Shown here: in pieces, positions 53,872 to 64,000 of the stretch
How the letters are laid out: each line of letters starts with the position of its first letter
Numbering within the stretch: position 1 is the first letter of the stretch
NCBI RefSeq assembly: GCF_006345805.1
Contig: NC_043008.1
Coordinates: forward strand, 76,260,001 to 76,324,000
Length of the DNA: 64,000 nucleotides
Direction: 5' to 3'
Origin: Octopus sinensis
Taxonomy: Eukaryota
The notes under the pieces: model-generated
Database searches by the model: none
What the model was told of the DNA's origin: nothing
Seen by the model: only the letters and a program-made list of their open reading frames with translations
Translations under genes and position numbers: made by a program

Positions 53872-53984
53872 TATACATTTTTATACATGTATATACATGT
53901 GTGCACGTTTTTATGCATTAGTGTATGTGCACGTGTTCATATGTGTATATCTACATATCTGTACATATATGTGTCCTTGTGGGG

Positions 53985-54870
53985 CTTTTTTGTGTATGTG
54001 TTTGCATGCTTTCGATATCTATTATAACAACTTTTAGACATGTGGTCATGAGCTTTGGAGAGATAGTAACTCCTTGTTTGACACCCTTCTCATCTAGGAC
54101 CCTTACTGGTGGTGAGCGCAGTGCTATTGCTGTTGAGCATCCAGAGTTGGCATCTTTCAGCTGTTTGATGTAGAGCACCTTGGCACCTTGCTTTTCTAGA
54201 GATTTCAGCTCTGCGTTCACTTCGACACTATCGAATGTCTTTTCCTAAACAAAAGCGATACACAAAGGAAACTTGTATTCGTTCGCTCGTCCTATGAGTT
54301 GTGTTAAAGTGAATACGTGATCCATTGTACTATAATTCGTACGGTAACAAGCTTGCTCTCTCGCCAAGTTGTTTTGATAGTCCAGTGATTATTACTTTTA
54401 CAAACAACTTATAGATTTGAAACGAAAGGCATATGGAACCTTAGGTTTTTTTAAAACTACCTTATCACCCTTCCCATGAAGCACGATGACATTTCACTCA
54501 TTCAACAGTCAGGATATTTTATCTACTGAAGCGTAGAACTAGAGATTTCCACAGCTCCTCACCTCCGGATCTTGTTGTGATACCATATTTCCTGGAAGTC
54601 TTGTCGGTTTCTATCGATTTCAGGGCATTTTCAGTTTCAATGATCATAAGATGTGGTATTTCGTCCAGCATTCGTGGTGGTTATAGAATCGACATCCAGT
54701 GATGACTTTAAAAGGTTTGTGCTAAAGGTTTGGTATATTTACTCTATATCCACTTTGTTACAATGAACACATCTTTGCTCTTAAGTGCCGTTACCTCTAG
54801 CCTATACTTCTAGCCTTACATCTTTTAAATTTTTCCCTTTACACTGCAACTTCCATCACTTTCTTCGGTC
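53985..54870 (-). pseudogene. RTE-clade LINE reverse transcriptase fragment
   Basis: EQACYRTNYSTMDHVFTLTQLIGRANEYKFPLCIAFV..KTFDSV..ALRSPPVRVLDEKGVKQGVTISPKL. Confidence 0.85.
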
Positions 54871-55255
54871 CTTTCGTCTTTCGCTCTCTCTATATCTCTC
54901 TTTTTCTTTCTCTCTATTTCTATCCGTCTGACTCTCTCTTTCTCTCTCCCCCACTCTTCCACACATTTCACTGTCTATCTATCGCGTTTTCCTCACCTCT
55001 CTCTTTCACTATTCCATTAACAAACAATTCTCATCAATGCTCATGATTTTATGGTGGATTGGTAGATATAAATTGCTGATTATGTTGATCCTAGTTTAGC
55101 TCGAGAACATATCGTATCTGATAAAGTAAAAGAACACAGATTAGAAAATACAGCATGACCGAATATAGGAACATATCAAATTCACAAAAGCAATAGTGGG
55201 TTCAAACCAATCAAGAGAATGACATCTCTACTGTATTTAACGACGACTCCATTAT

Positions 55256-55256
55256 A

Positions 55257-55302
<46 letters not shown>

Positions 55303-55340
55303 TAATAATAATAATAACAATAATAATAATAATAATAATA

Positions 55341-55382
<42 letters not shown>

Positions 55383-55403
55383 TTATTATTATTATTATTA
55401 TTA
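55256..55403. repeat. (AAT)n switching to (ATT)n inverted microsatellite
   Basis: (aat)n to about 55341, then (att)n to about 55403. Confidence 0.92.
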
Positions 55404-55915
55404 TCATTGAGTGAGAGAGCTGTGCATGTCATCAAAGTGACACTGGGGTAAAATATACGAAGCCCAGTATACCCATCATGACTAACTGTCTGATAAGGGT
55501 ACACCAAGCACATGCATCACAACCATATATGCGCGACATGGGGATCTCATATCAAGATAAACAGCGCATGACATTGCAGGTGGGGCCAAATTACAATTTT
55601 CTTCTGGTCGAGTAGCCCATCCTACTCAAAAGCTCCCTAATTAGGGATTGTTTAAGAATGTTGAATGAACCACCCATGTTTCCAAAGGTGAACTTTCCAA
55701 ACCTCCAAGACTTCCTTTCAACACACGGCTGTGATGCTTCTCCACTACTTCTGCTCGTGATCAGAGATGCACATATCGTCAGTCACTAAGAGACATGGTC
55801 AACTGGTTATGATCAAACAACTGTCAAGCAAATCTGTGGTATTGAACAGAATATTTGCTGTAGCCAATCTTTTATACCAAGACAAAACAATGTACATGAT
55901 AACACATCCAATCAA
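55403..55915 (-). mobile_element. interspersed repeat with (AAT)n tail, probably a SINE or LINE 3' end
   Basis: GC-richer non-coding block whose minus strand ends ctctctcactcaatg-(ata)n. Family recognition is from recall only. Confidence 0.5.
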
Positions 55916-56394
55916 TACATTATTGACTTTACTTGCCTCTTGATTCAGATTCCATTGGTTAGCCTTCTTAAAGTTGCACATAAATTCTGTCCATTCTGTA
56001 TTTAATAGATCCACAATTTCTGTTTATTACTAATTGGTCTTCATTGTTTAAGTAGTCACTGATCTCCACTATAACACAATTCACGGTAATATACTCTTGG
56101 GAACAATTGTCTATCCCTTCCACTATACCACTTTCGTTTCTCTTATGCCCAGCATCACCTGATGTTCTTTTAATCGCTTCTTGCTCCAGTTCTGTTAACC
56201 ATCAATTCTTTCGTATTGCTCTTGCTATTATCATGATTGTTGTTGTTGTTGTTTTACTTCTCAGAACGCTCGGTCACGTTTGTTTTGGTAGAATCTGTGA
56301 GAGCGGACAGCAGCCTGTTTTCAGAGATATTACAGGATCTCTTTCCGCACATTATAATTGGTTTTAATTATCATGGGAGACATTCAACATCAAA

Positions 56395-57105
56395 TTACCA
56401 ATATGGAAATTCTAGCTGTCCTTAGCAGAGCACTTTTGGGGGCTTGCTCTGCTCTCATGTCAATTCCGATTTCTCTGACATATTTCTCGAACCTGGTTGT
56501 TAGTGTTCCTAGTGCTCGTGCAACTACTGGAATGACAGATATTCTCCTCTTACTCCACACTCCACATTCTTGCAATTTGGTCTTTCAGGAGTCTGTGTTT
56601 TTCAATCTTTCCTTTGTCACTTAGACGTGCATTCCCAGGTATTGGGAATAATATTGATTGCCTGTTTTCCTTATCTACCACAAGGTATTGTATTTGGTAT
56701 AGACAAGATATACAATATCTTGCCTCCGAGCATCGATTAGGGAGTCACATTTTATGGTAAAATCCCACAGTATCCTATATTCCTTGTTCTCGGTGACTCC
56801 TGATTTATGTTCGTACCCTTTCCGTGCTCTGTTCTGGCCGTACTTTTCATATAGCCTCCACTGGACGAACCTAGCCACGTTATCGTGACTCCTTTTGTAG
56901 TGCATTTGGGCCAGCTTGCAACACTCACTCACAATATGAGAGATTGTTTCGTTTCAGCTGCCACATATCCTACAAAGCAGCGATTCACTGCTCTTATCTA
57001 TTTGGAACCTGGTGTAATTAGTTCTCAGAGATTCTTCTTAAGCGCTGCATATCAATGCCACAGTACATCCTTTCAGATCACTTTTTCTTAGCCATTTCAA
57101 GTGTT
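56395..57105 (-). pseudogene. R4/Dong-like non-LTR retrotransposon C-terminus (CCHC knuckle + restriction-like endonuclease)
   Basis: WLRKSDLKGCTVALICSA..LRTNY..CRICGS*NETISHIVSECCKLAQMHYKRSHDNVA..ILWDFTIKCD..ARRQDIV..IPVVARALG..KSALLRTARI. Confidence 0.85.
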
Positions 57106-57258
57106 GAGCAAGTGATGCTACTTATTATTGATGTTATTTTATTATTAATATTAATTTTCGGGAGGTACATAGCCACTGATTGGTAGGCTTCAGGTCTACA
57201 TCAGCTTGTCTGCTACGGAACGCATATTTTCCATGCAGTAGTATTACTTTTATTACTA

Positions 57259-57634
57259 CAGGGTGGAGCATAAAAATCTCTCACATTTGGAGGAGACAGG
57301 GTCACCAGATTTAAGGCCTTGTGACTTTTCCTTTGGGGATAACTAAGGGAAAAAGTTTTCCAACATCGTCCTCAAACTCTTGAGAATTTGAATGAAGAGG
57401 TTCCTGAGGAAATCAACGCAATACCATCTGAGATGACACGGAGAGTCATGGAGAACTTCTGCGAATGACTGTATAAAAGTATTGCCGACAACGGCCGCCA
57501 TTTGCCTAAAAACCTTTTAAAACCAGTGCAATAAGCTGATTTATTTTTCTTAAATATAATAGATTTTTTCCTGGATGGTTGCGTCCTCTTTTTATTTTCA
57601 TTCACAATGTGGGAGATCTTAATGCTATACACTG
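57259..57634 (+). mobile_element. internally deleted Tc1/mariner-superfamily element, ~29-bp TIRs, TA TSD
   Basis: TA|cagggtggagcataaaaatctctcacatt ... aatgtgggagatcttaatgctatacactg|TA; internal SPDLRPCDF..WG*LREKVF..PQTLENL..EEINAIP..MENF..NGRHL transposase C-terminus. Confidence 0.88.
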
Positions 57635-58546
57635 TATTATTATTACTTGCGCCCCACTACGTAATTACTCTTAATATTATTATTCTCTTCACTAGTATAA
57701 TTTTCCCCTACTCCTCACATTACTTCTAACACGCACACACGTACACACACATATATACATATATATGCATATATATTATATATATGTATGTACATATATA
57801 TATATATATATGTGTGTGTGTGTATACACATGTAGTGGCTCACATCTTAGGTATGACTGAATTCGTATACAACCATAAATACACACGCAAATATATATGT
57901 ATATTATATATACATATATATATATATAGAGAGAGAGAGAGAGGGGGGATTTATACACACACTCCCACACACACACACATACACATATGTTTGTTTGGAT
58001 GTGTGTGTATGTATGTGAGTACCACGTGTGCTACGTTTCGCAATATTTTCCGATACATTACTTTTATGGTTAGAAGTTATATTGCTTTACAATAGCCATA
58101 CCTTTTTAATAAAACTTGTAAAGCATAATTATACAAGTTATAATACTAAACATTTTACACTGGAGTGAAATATTACGTGGTTTATGAGAATATAATATCG
58201 TAAACAGAGAGACACATAAAAACAATATGACAAATTCATTAATTTTAAAGCAACATAGTATAACTTTTCACAGTGATAAAAATGATTAGAGTTTAGTTAT
58301 TCCCTATTGTCTTCTTATGATGTATCTCTCAGACATGCCTTGTAACAGTGCAGCCATATGTTTCTCATTGTTTACCCTTATGTGACTGCTTTGTCGCCTG
58401 TTTTCTTCCATTTACTTACATTAAAAAGCATTGGTTATCGAAAAGGAAGGCATACATTCTCTCACCCTCACCTACACAGACACACAAACATACATATACG
58501 TATGTATACATGTGTTTGCGTGTATTTATATAGATATGTTTGTATG

Positions 58547-58599
<53 letters not shown>

Positions 58600-59312
58600 C
58601 TACACACACACACACAGAGAGAATTAGGAAATAAGGGAAGATGAATTTATCATTCTTATTGAAAGATACAATAATAATTAGATGATCAGCAAATATTTTT
58701 TGCAAGGAATAAGCGAAAAATTACCAATGACTTAACTTATTTCTAAATAAAGTAACCATCATTCTAGTGAGTATGTAGAAATACAAGCATATGTGAAAAT
58801 TCAAGTGTACAATATTAGAGGCGGCCATATCTAACATGTACCAATAATAATATCTAGGAGCAGTTATCTGCCAAAGCGTTTATAACACACCCTTTTGCAC
58901 CAACCTCATATATTATGGCATTATATCACAATATACTTCATTTACCGCATGACGTTGCCTCTAAATATATATATTATGGTATCACAAAATACTTCATTTT
59001 TCTTCATGATTCAATTATCAATCTATTATAAATATAGAAAAAGAAAAGACATGTTATCTTTCTGAATACATTATTTTAATAATTCTTTAATAGACGATTT
59101 CAAAGACTATCAATATTTCTTTGACACTCATTTACAACATCGTACGTTATGTATTTCATGTTTTCGAGATTTGGATTTTGCCTTCAGAGTTTTCCCATTT
59201 TCCTACACACACACACACACACACATTCATATACACACATCTATGTATATATGCATGTATGTACAAATTTATGGTTATATATTTATATATAAGGTATGTA
59301 TGTACATCTACC

Positions 59313-59474
<162 letters not shown>

Positions 59475-61581
59475 TGAGTGAGCTATGCACATTTTTGATT
59501 TAGTATTTATAAAAACTTATTTCTTGAATTATATATGTATATTGGTTTTAGATTTCTCTATCAACTGATTCTCTTACGTATTTCCATTGGGAACCTTATA
59601 ACTTTCCTCATTCATTTTCATTCGTTTTAAAATGTAATTTAATTATTTTTCATGTTTTCTATGTTTATTTAATAGTATTTCTTTCACTTTCTTCCGCTTT
59701 TAATGGTAAAGTTTCCAAATACCGCCTGTATTTGCCTCAAAACCTAAGTAGATAATTTGAACTGAAAATATTTTAACCTAAAAGCATAATAAGAAGGTTG
59801 TCTCACTTTAGGATATTCTTTTTACACATTCCAGGTAGTGTTGAGAGGAAATACATCCAGAAACGTCAAACATTTATACCCTGGAAACATTTTAAAGCCT
59901 TTCTACAGTGTCGTTTATATTACTGACGGTACTGAACCCGTCATATATTCTGTATACATACGTTTATGTCTTTGTCTTGCAAGATTCTTGAGGTGAAAAT
60001 GTGCAATGAAACAGATTGATGTACTTGAGAATTGTTATTTTTTTGCCAATTGAATATACGCGTTATTTATTTGATCACGTTTGATTGGATTCGTATTTTT
60101 TGTTTATGTGTCTATCAAATTCTTTCTTCACACATTCTGTGATCTTATCATCGATTCTCTCTCCCATGTGTTTCCTCCTGTCTTGCTTATTCCAGTTTTT
60201 CCTTCTGTGATATGTATCTCTATTTGTTATCTTTCTTATAGTAAGACTTAAGACTTAAATCTGACTTCACGTAATGTTTACCCAAAAACGTTATGAAATT
60301 GACAAATATTTTTATGTCATCTAATTACAAAACAAATTTCTACTCTTCTTACAATCTCCTTTACCAATTTTTAATTCGTATATTGGTAATTAGTAAGTTT
60401 TCAATTAGAATATCTGAAAAACAAACAAAAATATTCGTATCACGTTTTGATTGCAAAACTCTCACCCCTCCAAAAGAAACAAATTCTTGAATTAAGAAAA
60501 AACAAATGACCAGCTTATTTACACGTCTCTATAATTCAAATCGCCTAATTGTTTTATTGATCCGTGTGCTTTCTACATATTCGTGATTAAATTTAAAACG
60601 TGAACGTTTTTATCGTATGTAAATATAAAAATTTCAAAATATCTTTATGTGTAAACTTAGCCAGAGATGTCAGGCAATTTAAATCAATAATCTTTTAATT
60701 GATATAACTAATTATCAAAACTTCCAAATATTTATGGATTCTAAAATGTTTTATTGATTATATATTGATTTTCCGTCTTAATTACACAATTATACAAAGA
60801 TATGACTATTAAATCCTGGAAGAAATTTAATGTTTTAAAAATTTACATTTATATTTAAATATAAACAATTTTAGAATAAAAGAGCAACATTACTACGAAA
60901 CACCGAAGAGCTTATTTCTATAAGTGATAATTCTGTTTCTCTTTTTGATAATGTTCGAAGTTTCTAGAAGTTTTTAACAAAATTATTTTGGATGTTTCTA
61001 TTTAAAAGTGTTACAAATCATTTTGATTTGATCTTAATTTTTAGCTAAATAGTTAGACACTGCAAAGTTAATATTTTGTCTTATTTGCATCATACTTCAG
61101 AGAAGAAAATGGAAATTGTTAATTACTACTTTAAAAGCTTTCTGGGCAGAATGAGATTGAACTAGTCATAATGTTATTTGATTTCTAATATGTAATTTGA
61201 TACTGAGTGTTTTGGAATGGATGTAACTAAAATATTATGGTAATATATTTATCTGTTAGATCTCCCTGAGCCTTTTCTAGTGTGGCTACTTTAATTTATA
61301 TTGTGATATTGTAGACAAATGCAGACGCTGAACGACATGACGCTACTGTTACGTCCAGAGAAATGCGTAAGGTAGAAGACCTAATCTACTAGCATAGAGA
61401 CACATGTATGTGCATGTGGACGTGTGTGTGAGAATATACAAATATAGAATTTTCTATTTGCATACTTTTACACACACATTAATATCCTCACTTAGATATG
61501 CATATAAGTTAGTATATATGCAAACGTACATACTGACCAACAAACATGTACGTATATGCACCAATAAAAATATATCCATGA

Positions 61582-61634
<53 letters not shown>

Positions 61635-61914
61635 TCTGTGTATTTGTGTGCGCGCACATTTTCCATTTCAAAAATTCCATTCGGAAAGATCTGGTCATTT
61701 GTCTATCAATCCGATTCTGAAATGAGTATTTTTTAGTCGATGATAATGCCATCGTTCATATATTGAGAGAAATATATGTTCTTTTTAACATATTTTTATA
61801 AGCATCCAACAAGATCAATGAATTTCCACATATTTGATAAACTAAGAAAATTACTTTCAAAAGTTATTCGTCGTTTTGCTTTACTACACACACATGTATA
61901 TATATATATATAAA

Positions 61915-61954
<40 letters not shown>

Positions 61955-63309
61955 CGCGTGCAGGTTCATATAGTAGAAGAACAGAACGCAGATAGAAAAA
62001 CACAGGAGAGATAACGGATATTACAACAAATATACATATCAAATTACGTAAACTGGTTTCGAATGGTTTAAGATGTATCCAGTGATCTATCTTTAGTTTC
62101 CGACAAGATCTATTTTTTAGAATGTGGATATAGATGTCTCGTTCCTGGAACTTAACCAGATGTTCTTTCAAAGGTACAGATTTACCAGTAAATATATCGA
62201 ACATCTTTGACTCGTTAATGTAGGGTTTGGTCTTGGAAGGGATTTTCCATTTCCTGCTGTAGTTAATGTTTCCAGATTAGCGCCAAGAGGGTGCTGTATG
62301 TCTCTTTTCGCGGTTTACATATGTACTCCAATACATATACAGAATAGTTCATACAACCCAATTCGTTTCTTAACTCCCATTACTTTACTAATATAAAATA
62401 TAATAGGTTTACACTAGAATTTAAATTAGTTAAATACATTATTTCGTAATTGAGCTCAAATGATTCTTGATTATTTCAAAATTGCTTCCTAAACCGGATA
62501 CAATGCTTTGATCCTAAAGCTTTAATATATCGTTAATTGTCAATCAAGCCAAAGACTATTACGGGCAAACGAATATATTCATCAGCTTTGCTACGCTGTT
62601 AGTTATTTGTAGTTGTATAGGCCATGGTCACAGTGTAGTGCCAATGACAAGAACGGAAACCCCGGTTCTTCAGTTTCTTGAAACAAATCAGCTGTCTATG
62701 ATATAAATCTAATTTAAATAAATTTCCGTAATAATAAACCTAAATAATATTTTCCTATTATTTATGAGTTTTGCATTTAATATACGGTTTAATATATTGT
62801 TATTAGCAATGTTATAAATTGATATTTTCAATAACCGTCCTGAAAACTCCTAAAATGAAAGTCTATTTAAGTATGTAGTGTAAATAATTGGTTTAAAATT
62901 TAAAGCAAACATCCTTTTAATATAATTAATTAGCAATATTACATTTGATATTTAGATTGTAATTCTCAGTTAATATTTTGTATTTCTTGATGAAATAAGT
63001 CATCTCTATTATTTATAAGTTGAAATTAATATATTGGATTACGTAATAGGTGATATTAAACTTTCAACGAGTGTTGTTTAAATTGATGTAATTTTCGGCC
63101 ATTTGATTCTCTTAGAAATTTTGGATCCAATCTGTTATTTCACTTCAACATAATACTTTTGTAAACTATATTAATATGAAAAGTATAATTGCCTTCTATA
63201 CTGGGGCGAAGTAAAACACTCGTTAAAAGGAATAACACTGAATTAAACATCATCAGAGAATTTTATTTACTAGAATCAAAATACCGTAATGGTCATTGTG
63301 TGACATATT

Positions 63310-63430
63310 GCTAAGGTGCTGAAGTAGCTGGTTATTCTTAATGCATTGAACCACCTGTTCAGAGTTACGGCACAGAACCAGCTGTTTAGAGTAAAGGTAC
63401 TGAACTAGATGCTCATTGTTAAGATGCACA
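63310..63430. repeat. degenerate 27-bp minisatellite, ~4.5 copies
   Basis: gctaaggtgctgaagtagctggttatt / cttaatgcattgaaccacctgttcaga / gttacggcacagaaccagctgtttaga / gtaaaggtactgaactagatgctcatt / gttaagatgcaca. Confidence 0.7.
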
Positions 63431-64000
63431 ATAGTTAAGGTGTGGAATTTACTTTCTATTTATAGGTAACTATACATTGTAAATTATTTAGTGTTAATTT
63501 ATCTATGTTAATAATGTATTAAGTTTCTTATTGATGCATGAGACCAGCTGTAGTGATCAGATGTTAAACAAAATATATTGTGAGCTTTCTTTACTTGTCC
63601 GCACTTCTACTGTGCATTATCAGGCGTTAGACGAGTTGTATATTGCTAAGATGTCAGATGAGCTCTAGGTTCGCAATGTGTTACACAATGGCTGTATAAA
63701 TCATCAAAATCCATGTTCAGATCTTTCGTAGAAGCTTCTTCGTGTTTCATTTATTCGTTCTCATTATTTTATCAGATTGGATATTTAGCGTGTTATCTTT
63801 ATTCTCTACATCCTTGTCTCTTTTCCGGGAAGTGCTTTGTAACTTATCTTCGTCACTGTACTACAATGAAACAAAGCAGCCAGCTGCAACACATAAATGG
63901 CTTCTTTGGCTTAGGAAGCAAAATATCACATTGTAGAATTAACAATATCCATATAAGTTGTCTATATTGATTTGGTTTTGTACAAATTTGGGTACTTTCA

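Noticed and set aside
61315-61372. 52-bp candidate exon (ttgtag...gtaagg)
   Set aside because: Splice-like dinucleotides only; no neighbouring exons or homology.

Overview
AT-rich, microsatellite-dense eukaryotic non-coding DNA with no recognisable host gene. The SINE families and repeat texture suggest an octopus/cephalopod-like genome, which is my inference and not a database result. The window holds many decayed transposons: Penelope-like retroelement (PLE) remnants with RT and/or GIY-YIG endonuclease, RTE-type and R4/Dong-type LINE fragments, Tc1 and mariner DNA transposons, MITEs and many tRNA-derived SINEs. Most listed ORFs are microsatellite or antisense artefacts. The main signal is a recurring PLE architecture in which a 5'-truncated copy is fused to an inverted copy of its own 3' end, usually next to (TA)n. 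Examples range from a perfect 183-bp palindrome and a 223-bp mini-insertion with a 10-bp TSD up to 2.5-2.9 kb elements, one of which keeps an open GIY-YIG frame with a long Asn-rich insert. The 3' repeats of at least six apparently unrelated families carry minimal type-I hammerhead ribozyme motifs with palindromic helix III. Several show unusual core variants: U4C in two families, A9U in both arms of one element, and altered 3-8 pairs. All folds and alignments were done by eye, and element boundaries are approximate unless a TSD or TIR is given.
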